DNA of 39,772 nt from a virus, in IMG/VR virus record IMGVR_UViG_3300023443_000129, positions 1-39,772 of that record; one strand, written 5' to 3'. The first letter of the stretch is position 1. Each line of letters opens with the position of its first letter. Under the pieces are notes generated by a model, which saw only the letters and a program-made list of their open reading frames with translations, ran no database searches and had not been told where the DNA came from. Below are positions 31,324-39,772 of this stretch, piece by piece. A program made the position numbers and the translations under genes.

Positions 31324-31689
31324 TTAGCTCTGAACTCTGCTAGCTCTTGAGCCTGCTCTGCTGGGGGGGGTTGTCTCCATTATGGCTTGTTCTACGCCGC
31401 CCATATCTCCAGCTTCAAAGGAGTTTATGCCCCTCTGAGTAGCTATTAGCATTTGCGTCTGCTCGGCTAGGTCTGCTTCTCTTTCGCCTGTTGCTACATC
31501 CTGCTCTAGTATCTGCTGCTTAAAGGGGGCTTGTGCTAGCGCCTGCTGGCTGAGTGCGGCCCTGTCTTCTAATAACTGTTGACGAAATGGAACCGCCTTC
31601 GCTTCTCGAAAAGTATCAATTGCGCCCTTAACTGTTTGCGCCCCGTCTGGGATATTTCCAGCTAAAACTAGTCTAGTGTCTAAAGCCAT
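31324..31689 (-). CDS. Internal virion protein, upstream frame of a split gene
   Basis: 121 aa. It ends 37 nt after the C8 run, in a frame that yields the odd tail PPSRAGSRASRVQS. Confidence 0.5.
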   Translation of the reverse strand: MALDTRLVLAGNIPDGAQTVKGAIDTFREAKAVPFRQQLLEDRAALSQQALAQAPFKQQILEQDVATGEREADLAEQTQMLIATQRGINSFEAGDMGGVEQAIMETTPPSRAGSRASRVQS

Positions 31690-31701
31690 GCTCTCACCTA
31701 T

Positions 31702-32340
31702 TTATTGAAGTAACCCGCCGCCGCCAAAGAGATTGGCCCCCGCCTGTATTGCTGCCGCCCCCTGCTGAGATGCAACATTAGCCGCCACTATTGGAACGCC
31801 AGCAGCAGCGCTAGACTTGCCAGTTATCAAGCCTTCGCCTGCCCTGGCTTGCTGGGTTGCTATCTGCCCACCGAATTGAGTTTGGTTAAACAGCTGCCCA
31901 AATCTTTGCTGATTGGCTTGCATCCTGTTCTGGAAGTCTAGTTGCTGCTGCCTAACATCCCTATCTTGGAATTGCCCGCCAAGAACTAGAGCATTTCTAG
32001 TCAGGCTATCACTGGTTCCACGCGACCCCCCCAGACCTAATGCAGCCCTTTGGCCGATTAGATTCTGCTCCTGCTCTCTTGCTAGGGCTTGGAATAATGG
32101 ATTGTTTGTCACTCTGCTTGGGTCTAGATTGAACCCTTGGAACTCGTTCTGGCCTAGAACTGATTCACCCAATAGCCCTGCCGCCTCGGTGCCTTGATCA
32201 ATAAAAGGGGAAGTTATCCCCTGGCCAAACGCTAAAGCCTTATCAGCGCCCTCTCCTAATAGCTCCGCAGACTTTCTAGCTGCGTCCTCTTGACCGCCGC
32301 CGGTGAGGTCTATTCCTGTCTTTTTTCTAAGGTAACCCAT
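31702..32340 (-). CDS. Gly/Gln-rich internal virion protein
   Basis: 212 aa of low-complexity Q/G/A composition, typical of podovirus internal proteins. Confidence 0.5.
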   Translation of the reverse strand: MGYLRKKTGIDLTGGGQEDAARKSAELLGEGADKALAFGQGITSPFIDQGTEAAGLLGESVLGQNEFQGFNLDPSRVTNNPLFQALAREQEQNLIGQRAALGLGGSRGTSDSLTRNALVLGGQFQDRDVRQQQLDFQNRMQANQQRFGQLFNQTQFGGQIATQQARAGEGLITGKSSAAAGVPIVAANVASQQGAAAIQAGANLFGGGGLLQ

Positions 32341-32341
32341 G

Positions 32342-32779
32342 TCACACCTCTGGCTTAATCAGTCCGTAGTAAATCTGTGAGTATACTTTGCCGCCCTTTA
32401 AATATGACGATCTGTTAGTTCCTTCTTGCTCTAATCCTATCTTCAATGCCCACTTACACACATCTGGGTACAGTTCTGGCACTTGAGCAACTATCTTAAT
32501 AGCCTTGCTGTTGGTCCATAACCACTCAATACACGCTAAACCAAACTCTACACCCTTCGACTTGTCTAACATTTGTACGTGCATCTCTGCGGTGACTGCG
32601 TTCATCGGTTCGAATATCATTAATCCGCTTAAAGCATCGTCAATTAAGTATAGTGCACCCGTGTTGTGTTCATACTCTTCAACTGGCGGTGATCCGTCTT
32701 CACTAATCCTATTGTATATCCATTCATCACATAGAACTGATTTAATCTTGTCCACATCAGTCGTAGAAAATACAATCAA
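32342..32779 (-). CDS. GNAT-fold-like protein embedded in the virion module
   Basis: 145 aa. KIVAQVPELYPDVCKWALKIGLEQEGTNRSSYLKGGKVYSQIYYGL resembles the C-terminal half of GNAT acetyltransferases. Confidence 0.4.
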   Translation of the reverse strand: MIVFSTTDVDKIKSVLCDEWIYNRISEDGSPPVEEYEHNTGALYLIDDALSGLMIFEPMNAVTAEMHVQMLDKSKGVEFGLACIEWLWTNSKAIKIVAQVPELYPDVCKWALKIGLEQEGTNRSSYLKGGKVYSQIYYGLIKPEV

Positions 32780-33114
32780 GTTACGTTGGCTCCTGAACAG
32801 TTGGCGTTCACATCAGTTCCAGCGTCTTGCGTAGCCTGAGCCTTCATTCCAGGTTCTAGAACCTCGCCTTGTATCTCGATAACGTTCCAAGTCTTGCCCG
32901 CTGGGATAGCCTTAGATACTAGCTCGTTAGTAGTGCCTGCACTGCCGCCACTAGCTATAATGTGTACAGCTACGCTTCTAGTGCTTGAGCCTGTGTTGTT
33001 AAATGACAGCTTTCTAACTATTGCTTTAGTGTTGCCTGCAACCTCGCCCACAACATCGGACGCCGTAGAGCTTAATTGAGTGGTATTTGTAAAATTCTTA
33101 GGATCTCTGGCCAT
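32776..33114 (-). CDS. Small Ser/Thr/Gly-rich virion-module protein
   Basis: 112-aa ORF. Confidence 0.55.
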   Translation of the reverse strand: MARDPKNFTNTTQLSSTASDVVGEVAGNTKAIVRKLSFNNTGSSTRSVAVHIIASGGSAGTTNELVSKAIPAGKTWNVIEIQGEVLEPGMKAQATQDAGTDVNANCSGANVT

Positions 33115-33115
33115 G

Positions 33116-33439
33116 TTATTTGCTCGCTATGTGAATGTCACAGGTTGATAGTGCGCCCTGGGCTGTGGTTACTTTTCCGCGTATGTATTGTGCTGAGGTG
33201 GTGCCTTCAACAAAGCCCGCCCCAGTTACAGTATAACTGCTGTCCTGCCAATCAGATCCATTCATGCTTATTTGTATAGTTATTACATGAGTGGTGTTAG
33301 TTCCTGAATTGGCATAGACATACATCCCAATACTAGTATTTCCATTGATGTATAGGCTATCGGTTGTGCTGTTTGAGTTAGAATCTAATGCCTCTGACTC
33401 TAACGAGCTTCCGTCGCTATGGCTTGCTGAATAAAACAT
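33116..33439 (-). CDS. Small Ser/Thr/Asn-rich virion-module protein
   Basis: 107-aa ORF. Confidence 0.55.
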   Translation of the reverse strand: MFYSASHSDGSSLESEALDSNSNSTTDSLYINGNTSIGMYVYANSGTNTTHVITIQISMNGSDWQDSSYTVTGAGFVEGTTSAQYIRGKVTTAQGALSTCDIHIASK

Positions 33440-33442
33440 ATT

Positions 33443-33757
33443 CTAATAACTCATAATTAATATGGTTGAATTTCCTGCCCTGGCGATTCCCGAGATCTCA
33501 CCTATAAAAATATTAGGGGCTAGCATTACGTCAGCAGATGTCCCTTTGTGCAAGATTATGCTGCGCTTGTTGTTGTCTATCGATGCACTTTGAAACTTTA
33601 AAAATACATCTTGGTTTCCGTCGTTAGTCATAGAAACTCTGATTGTATCTTTGGTGGTCGTTATTAATGCGGTTGCCGTAGAGCTGTTTATAGGTATTCC
33701 GGCAGGCATTGAAGCTTCATCGTTTGTGTTTTCGTTCTGCCCTATTGTGATAGTCAT
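33443..33757 (-). CDS. Small Thr/Asn-rich virion-module protein
   Basis: 104-aa ORF. Confidence 0.55.
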   Translation of the reverse strand: MTITIGQNENTNDEASMPAGIPINSSTATALITTTKDTIRVSMTNDGNQDVFLKFQSASIDNNKRSIILHKGTSADVMLAPNIFIGEISGIARAGNSTILIMSY

Positions 33758-34497
33758 TCCATGTCCACCAGTAAAAATTCAGTTATGCCTTTTACTTCCG
33801 CTGCTCCACTATCCAGCTTTACTTGAACCCTGTAATCAAACCTCTCAGGTATAGGGAACTTGGCCAATACCTCGAAGTTAAGCTGATTTTGATAGACCGG
33901 GAATACTCCAGTGCTAAGCCACACAGGGTCTGGGTTAGTGCTTGCCCTGAACCTAACCGAGAACTCACCGCTTATATTTTTGGATAGCATCTGAAAGTTT
34001 TGGAGTATGTAAGCGTCCTTACCGGCTGGAACTGTAAAATGCCCATCTGATGAAAGCCCCTGTGTTGGTGCGATTACGCTTCTCGCATCCCCGCCTGATG
34101 CAACTTGAGCCGTGATCGTTCCCACGTTCCACCCTACGCTGCCAGAGGTTACAACCTGCATACTAACCGGCCTGAAATTAGAGTTAGTTAGGGCAACCTC
34201 AGTAGTGCCGTTCAATGCAATCAATTCTACTTGGCTTAAATAATCGTCGTCTAGAGTGGTTACTAAAACAAGCCTAGCACCGGTCCCTGCCGAAGTATCG
34301 TTAGTATCATCGCTTACGATGCCCCAAGTCTCTGCTGCTGTAGGGTAGACAAGATCACCAGGGCCACCCCAAACATCTCTCAGGGTTGTTGTAATAGACC
34401 CCGACGCTATACCGCTCACAAGGCTATGCCCGTCTATATTCCCTTTAGCTACTTCAATAAGAAAATCAGTAGTCCCAATTCTACTCATGCCGACCAC
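33754..34497 (-). CDS. Virion-module protein
   Basis: 247-aa ORF, beta-rich. Confidence 0.55.
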   Translation of the reverse strand: MVGMSRIGTTDFLIEVAKGNIDGHSLVSGIASGSITTTLRDVWGGPGDLVYPTAAETWGIVSDDTNDTSAGTGARLVLVTTLDDDYLSQVELIALNGTTEVALTNSNFRPVSMQVVTSGSVGWNVGTITAQVASGGDARSVIAPTQGLSSDGHFTVPAGKDAYILQNFQMLSKNISGEFSVRFRASTNPDPVWLSTGVFPVYQNQLNFEVLAKFPIPERFDYRVQVKLDSGAAEVKGITEFLLVDME

Positions 34498-35072
34498 TCC
34501 CCTGCTGCTAGAGTGTAATAGACGTCTAATACATCATTCTTGCTCGGTATCGCTGTCGGGGTTGAGCCGTTAACATCCCCAACCAACGATATAGATGCAT
34601 CTCTTCGAATCACTGTAATCATTTCACCATCGTCGGGGGCAAGGTTGAGGGTTATTGTTAATGCTGCTGTGTTATTGCAAATAATCAATTGATTGCCTGT
34701 GGTAGTGAAAGCTGTGTCGCCTGTGGCTATTGTAATAACCTCTAAACCACCGGCAATAAGGGCGCTATTATCTGCATTCTCTAACTCTTCCACTCTCTCG
34801 CTTAAGTCTAGGACAATCTGCATCTCGGCACTTACTTCTAACTCTTCAATCAGTTCATCAGCGTTTGATGTTTGTATGCCCGGCTCGTATAGCTCACCGT
34901 TCTGCACATCTGTAACAAAGTCATCAGTGCCGCCAAGCTTAGACCAAACCGCCTGCTTCCATCGGTTGTCATACTCGTACCACTCTTCACCCTCTTCAGT
35001 TAGCCGACCTCTCTCATCAAAGAACCTTTCTGGTAACTGCTTAAGGTATCGATCAACCTTTATTCCACCCAT
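34485..35072 (-). CDS. Virion-module protein with a central acidic coiled coil
   Basis: 195-aa ORF. Confidence 0.55.
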   Translation of the reverse strand: MGGIKVDRYLKQLPERFFDERGRLTEEGEEWYEYDNRWKQAVWSKLGGTDDFVTDVQNGELYEPGIQTSNADELIEELEVSAEMQIVLDLSERVEELENADNSALIAGGLEVITIATGDTAFTTTGNQLIICNNTAALTITLNLAPDDGEMITVIRRDASISLVGDVNGSTPTAIPSKNDVLDVYYTLAAGEWSA

Positions 35073-36514
35073 TAATCACCCAATATCTTAAGGCCAATAG
35101 ATGCGCCTTGAATGGATGCGAATACAGGATCGTAAACAGTAACCCTTGCAACTAGATCGTAGAATGACTCGGTATGGCTTACTCTGATTCTTATTCGTGA
35201 CTCGCCTGTCCTGCCCATTTCTACGTCAGCTTCATTAGTAAATGAATCAGCACCATCAAAGCTAAATTGTATGAATGCTTTAGGGTTGGAGCCTTGCCCC
35301 GATGGTAGTCCCACACCCTTTTTAAACACTACCTCGAACCAGCTCATCATCAGCCTAGCGCCTTCCGAACCAACTAACCCACCATTGATAGGGGCTAAGG
35401 TTCTTTGTCTTACAACGTTATCACCGTCATCAGTGAACACGTTTAAATCTAACTCTAAGATATCACCTGTTCCACGCTTGCAGATAAGATGTTTGTTAAA
35501 TGCTTTGACGTACATAGCGCCTATATAAATATCCTTATCGGCACCGGTTGATAGCGAGAACCAATCATCGACACCGGGGCTTAGCGCGTGACTCTTCTCA
35601 CTAAATACAAAGGTTTGGTTGTTGTTCTCGAAGTTAATAACGTAGTAGTTACCACCCTGGATAGAGATCGTATAGCCCACCGCCGTATCGTCTGCGTAGA
35701 CTTCCATTACGTTAGACATAGCGCCTGATGTTATGTTGGTTGACTGGGTAGAGCTGAACCTATGAATATTCCCGTCGGAACCACGAAAATATGTATATCT
35801 AATGGTCTTGGCTACGCTATGAAGGTCTTTTAAACCTATCTGCATAGTGCCGCCATCAGTCTTAACTATGAACGGGTCAACAGTTGCTAGTGACCAGGAC
35901 TCTATTGTCTTAGCCCCCATCATATAAACACGTTCGTGGAAGGTCCAAACACGCTTTAAATTATCTGATGAACTCTCGGCTGTTGCTGTGTAGGTTGGTA
36001 CATCTGGATCACCAAACAATGAGACTGCAAACTTACCACCACCAGCGTCATACACTGCGAACTGAGATATAAACGCCACACTATTCCCGGCTCTATGACC
36101 AACAGGAAACGCGGATGTAAAATCTGACAAAGTAGCGCTAGATGTATCGTATTGATACGCCCTGTCGCCCGTCATGATGATTATATTTATACCGTCATCA
36201 TCTATTATGCACCTGCTATTACCAGCTATAGCCCCTCTCGATGTCTCAACACCTGAAGAGTCGACGCTATATAAGACCTGGTCACTAATCTTATAAGTGA
36301 TGCCGTTTAGTTCCCAGATACCACGATCACCTGATCCTGTGATAGTTGCAAAACCCTTGCTGCCAGGCCATGGGTTTAAAATAGACTGATGCCCGCCGGT
36401 ATGATTAACCTCTGGCATGTAATTCATAGTCACCTGAGAGCTGAAAGAACCGTCACGGTGCTCAGCTGTTGGGCCTACTATGTTAACTGCTTGCCGTTTA
36501 AAGGAGGTGATCAA
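35072..36514 (-). CDS. Tail hub protein (position and size like P22 gp10)
   Basis: 480 aa, two genes after the capsid-accessory genes. Assigned by synteny only. Confidence 0.4.
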   Translation of the reverse strand: MITSFKRQAVNIVGPTAEHRDGSFSSQVTMNYMPEVNHTGGHQSILNPWPGSKGFATITGSGDRGIWELNGITYKISDQVLYSVDSSGVETSRGAIAGNSRCIIDDDGINIIIMTGDRAYQYDTSSATLSDFTSAFPVGHRAGNSVAFISQFAVYDAGGGKFAVSLFGDPDVPTYTATAESSSDNLKRVWTFHERVYMMGAKTIESWSLATVDPFIVKTDGGTMQIGLKDLHSVAKTIRYTYFRGSDGNIHRFSSTQSTNITSGAMSNVMEVYADDTAVGYTISIQGGNYYVINFENNNQTFVFSEKSHALSPGVDDWFSLSTGADKDIYIGAMYVKAFNKHLICKRGTGDILELDLNVFTDDGDNVVRQRTLAPINGGLVGSEGARLMMSWFEVVFKKGVGLPSGQGSNPKAFIQFSFDGADSFTNEADVEMGRTGESRIRIRVSHTESFYDLVARVTVYDPVFASIQGASIGLKILGD

Positions 36515-37140
36515 GGCGTAGCACCCTCCAGTCTTATCCTTGGAGCTGATCCGTACTTACCTTTCCTGTCGCCAATGTTCACGCCACGAATAGCATTGAT
36601 AAACTTTTCGTAATAGAACTCTGCCTTCTCCTCTTCTTGAGCCTGCAGCCACAAAGCCCAAAGGGAGCCAAACAAATACACCTGTGGGTGGTCAGTTAGG
36701 ATTGCATTAGTAGCGTTGGAATCACTCAAAGCAGTTAGCTTAATATAAAGCAGCATCTCTATTTCGTAATCTGAATCAGGCACTCGATCAAACTCTAGCT
36801 GTGAGGTGACAGTGTAGAACCTTGGCTGTCCACTATTGCCGTTTAAATCCAATTGATCAGGAGCCATATATCTAACATCTATATCCCTGCCTGATAATTT
36901 AAGCATCAGCCTTCTCATCTCTAAGAAGCCAGCGGGTAACGCCAAGTATCTATCTGAAGTAGATAGTGAAGCGGTCTGTCTAGACTCCATACTTCTAAAC
37001 CTGATGGGGGCGATAGAGTTCGAATACATCTCTGCCTCTGCCATAGCAATGAAGTCTTCTAGATCGTCGTCCTTCATCTCTTTGCGAGTAGACTGTTTTC
37101 TAATTGATGCTTTCAGATTATTAAAATTGTCTAAAGCCAC
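36511..37140 (-). CDS. Head-to-tail adaptor candidate
   Basis: 209 aa. Assigned by synteny only. Confidence 0.4.
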   Translation of the reverse strand: MALDNFNNLKASIRKQSTRKEMKDDDLEDFIAMAEAEMYSNSIAPIRFRSMESRQTASLSTSDRYLALPAGFLEMRRLMLKLSGRDIDVRYMAPDQLDLNGNSGQPRFYTVTSQLEFDRVPDSDYEIEMLLYIKLTALSDSNATNAILTDHPQVYLFGSLWALWLQAQEEEKAEFYYEKFINAIRGVNIGDRKGKYGSAPRIRLEGATP

Positions 37141-37457
37141 TAGATAGTCCCCGCTCTCGTTCTTAGCTTATAAAACTCTCGTGAGTTAAGTTTAGCGGCT
37201 AGCCACTTACGATGCTCTTTTGCAAATGGATTACCGCCTAACTCCTTCCACCATTGGGCTGCTACTACCTCGGGTATAGAGGCGACTTTGTGAAAATCGC
37301 CCTTCCAAGTAGTACCTTTTTCAGTAACATTGTACTCATCACTGTTAGCTTTAAGGTACTTTCCAACATCTTGAACGACTTGTATGTGAAATCCACCGCT
37401 GTTGTCTTTATGGAATATCTCATGCACATCTCCATCCGTATCTAGTAGCTTACCCAT
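37140..37457 (-). CDS. Hypothetical head-module protein
   Basis: 105-aa ORF. Confidence 0.55.
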   Translation of the reverse strand: MGKLLDTDGDVHEIFHKDNSGGFHIQVVQDVGKYLKANSDEYNVTEKGTTWKGDFHKVASIPEVVAAQWWKELGGNPFAKEHRKWLAAKLNSREFYKLRTRAGTI

Positions 37458-37458
37458 C

Positions 37459-37746
37459 TTAGTACTCCACTGGCGTAACTGTAGCGACCTGTCCGGCCGT
37501 TAGCTGCAAGACTGATATGGTAGTCAGACCTACAACGTTGAACACCATGGGGGCTGCGTTAGAAACAATAATAGACTCTGCGGTTGCTGTGGCAGCAATG
37601 CCAGGGAGCACGTAAGTACTCCCCTCTACAGTAACCAGAACAGTCCTAGCCTTATTTCCTGAGCTATCGTTAGGAATAGTAATGGCCTGACTAGTGCCAC
37701 TAGTTGTTACTCCCGTACCTTCACCAGTTATCTGTAGAGCTTGCAT
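37459..37746 (-). CDS. Small beta-rich head-module protein
   Basis: 95-aa ORF. Confidence 0.55.
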   Translation of the reverse strand: MQALQITGEGTGVTTSGTSQAITIPNDSSGNKARTVLVTVEGSTYVLPGIAATATAESIIVSNAAPMVFNVVGLTTISVLQLTAGQVATVTPVEY

Positions 37747-37749
37747 AAT

Positions 37750-38109
37750 CTACCTCTTAATAGCTACGGTTACAGTTACAGCAACAGTGCCAGTGCTAGC
37801 GCCATCTGTTTCAATCTCGATAACATCACCTTCAGCTACCGTTCTTAAGCTTGTAGGTCTAGACGTATCTGAGTCACCGACCGCACTACCTGATTGAGCA
37901 ATAGTGATAAGCCCGTTAGTCATAGCAACACCGCCAATCTTTGGAGTGATATCCGCATCTGCTCCAGTGATAGCACCGTTTAAGGCTGTGCTTACTTGCA
38001 TCACGTCACCGGCACAATGGTCCGGTATAGCGATAACAATCTGCCCTGCTGTTGAAACGTCAGCAATATGACCTGTTAAAAATACATAGTTTCCATCAAA
38101 CGCACTCAT
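37750..38109 (-). CDS. Capsid-accessory/decoration-like protein
   Basis: 119 aa immediately after the major capsid gene. Gly/Ala/Thr/Val-rich, like the DUF2190-type proteins found in this position. Confidence 0.4.
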   Translation of the reverse strand: MSAFDGNYVFLTGHIADVSTAGQIVIAIPDHCAGDVMQVSTALNGAITGADADITPKIGGVAMTNGLITIAQSGSAVGDSDTSRPTSLRTVAEGDVIEIETDGASTGTVAVTVTVAIKR

Positions 38110-38156
38110 AATGATCTCCTAAAACGGGGCTTTTACACCCCTATAAATGGTTATGA

Positions 38157-39107
38157 CTACGCAACAGTTAAGTCGTTAACTGAACCTGAACCTGCTTCGT
38201 TCTGAGCTTGCAAGGTGGTTTCCATGATCAATTGTACTCGATCAGTGTCTCCAGTCTTAGCCAAGTCATGACGGGATAATGGTCGAAGGTCAGCCTTCTT
38301 CCAAAGATCCATGTCTAGTACTAAAGCAGTCTTAGGACGCTGGAACCGGTTGGGGATTACTTTCATAGTCCCGAAGTCACTAACATAAACGTCGATAGCA
38401 TTAACTAATGTCTTACCAGTTGCATCGATGTTACGAGTAGATCCACCAGAGAAAGCTGATAAGGCTTGCTTGTTGAATGAACCAACCATGATAGTGTCTG
38501 GCTCTCCGCCGTTATCAAAACAGCTAGCAATAACTGTCTTGAGTTGGGCTTCGGTGAAGGCTCGTACATCACCATCGGTTCTAGCGTTAGTGCCGTTAGC
38601 TCCAGTAGGAGAAGCCCCCGAACCACCACCGAAGTCGTCGTTAGTACCAATGAAGGACTCGATACCACCTAACTCACGGGCAGTTGAATCATCGCCAGCT
38701 ACTTGAGCGTTGTTAGCAAGCAAAGACGTTTCAAGATCTCGCTTGATCTCTTTAGTCATCTTCAATATTTGGTAATCCATCTCATCAGCTCGACCAGCTG
38801 AATCCATGATGCGCTGAGTACCTGTTACACGTGGAACCTTATCCAAGATCTGAGTGAAGTTAAACACTCTGGTAGTAGGTATTGAGGCTGTAGTAGTTGC
38901 GTCATCACCTTCAATGACGGCATTAGTACCACTTGCAGCGGCTAGGCTGTCAGTCTGCCATTCATGCTTAGTAGATGTAGCCGTCACTGAGGCTATCATG
39001 CTTTGGAAAGGTGTCTTGGTTGGAGAAATCATTCGAATGAAATCTGCTAAGTCTTCACGGTTGCCAATCGCATCGTATGAACTAAAAGTATCTGCTGGTT
39101 GTGTCAT
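38157..39107 (-). CDS. Major capsid protein (HK97 fold, SU10-type)
   Basis: 316 aa. The N-terminus ...YDAIGNREDLADFIRMISPTKTPFQSMI....ATSTKHEWQTDSLA... is the hallmark of this capsid family. Follows the scaffold gene. Confidence 0.8.
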   Translation of the reverse strand: MTQPADTFSSYDAIGNREDLADFIRMISPTKTPFQSMIASVTATSTKHEWQTDSLAAASGTNAVIEGDDATTTASIPTTRVFNFTQILDKVPRVTGTQRIMDSAGRADEMDYQILKMTKEIKRDLETSLLANNAQVAGDDSTARELGGIESFIGTNDDFGGGSGASPTGANGTNARTDGDVRAFTEAQLKTVIASCFDNGGEPDTIMVGSFNKQALSAFSGGSTRNIDATGKTLVNAIDVYVSDFGTMKVIPNRFQRPKTALVLDMDLWKKADLRPLSRHDLAKTGDTDRVQLIMETTLQAQNEAGSGSVNDLTVA

Positions 39108-39772
39108 TATCCTGCCCTCTTTGATTTAAGATAAGCCATGCCATCTGCATCGTTGCCCGACCGTTGTAATCGTTTGGTAGCATCAGTATGCACCCCTGTA
39201 TTTTGAGGTCGTTGGCCTGCTTTAGTTGGTTTAATTACTTTGTGAGCTTTCTTTAGCTTCTTAGCTACCTCTGGCTTGGCATCTTTCAATGCTCGATACT
39301 TTGCTGCGTCTGCGTATATCGGCCATAGTTTAGCGTCAACAATCCCATTCATTTCTTGATCGGAAAAGCCCTGTTTAGAAAGATAATCGCCTATCACCTT
39401 CAGCTCCGTATTCATTGCGTCGGTTGCTCCTTTGGAGTCCACCCAATGCGGCATCAATGTCGGTAATAACTGCTGCTGCTCACTCACATAGAGCGCTTGC
39501 TTATCATCCTCGGCCTTCTTTTTAGATTCCTTAGCAACATCGAGAGCTTTCTGCTTCTTCTCAATCTTAGCCTTCTCTTTTAAATACTGTGAAGGGTCAT
39601 CATCTGCTAATTCATCCCAATCAATCTTAGACTCTTGACTGCCTATCGATTGCTCTAAGTCAGTTATCAGGCCATCAACCTTCGATAGCTTGGCTTCTAA
39701 CTTCGCATCCTTCGCGTCAAACTCTTTACCTCTTGCCGCTAGGGTTTGCGTTTTCTGTGTGTAATCAGACTC
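39107..39772 (-). CDS. Scaffolding-like protein, C-terminal part (gene wraps to 408-145)
   Basis: The frame is open from 39772 down to the stop at 39107 (222 codons). The ORF track shows only the internal GTG at 39487. Confidence 0.6.
   Translation of the reverse strand, partial: ESDYTQKTQTLAARGKEFDAKDAKLEAKLSKVDGLITDLEQSIGSQESKIDWDELADDDPSQYLKEKAKIEKKQKALDVAKESKKKAEDDKQALYVSEQQQLLPTLMPHWVDSKGATDAMNTELKVIGDYLSKQGFSDQEMNGIVDAKLWPIYADAAKYRALKDAKPEVAKKLKKAHKVIKPTKAGQRPQNTGVHTDATKRLQRSGNDADGMAYLKSKRAG
39629..39772. repeat. Terminal direct repeat, copy 2
   Basis: Identical to 1-144. Confidence 0.9.

Noticed and set aside
38405-38668. 87-aa minus-strand ORF in an alternative frame of the capsid gene
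   Set aside because: It is fully embedded in the well-supported major capsid ORF. It has no SD and a repetitive Leu/Val/Thr translation.

Overview
The window is a complete, circularly closed phage genome. Bases 1-144 are identical to 39629-39772, so the unique length is about 39,628 bp. I saw no integrase, CI-type repressor, DNA polymerase, helicase, primase, RT or CRISPR array.

Layout:
- Two divergent sigma70-like promoters sit near 18.9-19.0 kb.
- The leftward (minus-strand) unit runs 18.9 kb down to 9 kb through about 35 small early genes. These include a Cro-like HTH, a RepL-like initiator, NinB-like, NinG, a Lar-like protein, many Zn-ribbon and micro-membrane ORFs, and a lipoprotein.
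- It continues through a membrane/secreted trio, a repeat-containing tail fibre, TerS, TerL and portal.
- It then wraps across the window ends into scaffold, an HK97-type major capsid, tail-hub genes, ejection-type proteins and a beta-helix tailspike ending at 26564. The gene order resembles P22.
- The rightward (plus-strand) unit (19036-26577) carries small early genes, YopX, a DUF551-like protein, a YqaJ-type exonuclease with an unknown partner, and a compact lysis cassette with an M15-type peptidase.

Most interesting non-protein signals:
1. A 444-nt ORF-free, highly structured segment (18017-18460, minus sense). It contains a tRNA-derived module with perfect D- and T-arms but a split acceptor stem and a 25-nt anticodon loop, plus a second tRNA-like clamp.
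2. A 393-nt ORF-free segment (21277-21669) with a candidate pseudoknot. It shares a 13-mer with iterons upstream of the initiator gene.
3. Two copies of a roughly 40-nt hairpin element showing a compensatory base-pair change.
4. Related 17-bp palindromes overlapping two promoters.
5. A G8/C8 homopolymer that splits an ejection-type gene into two frames.

All functional calls come from motif recognition by eye and from synteny. No database search was possible.
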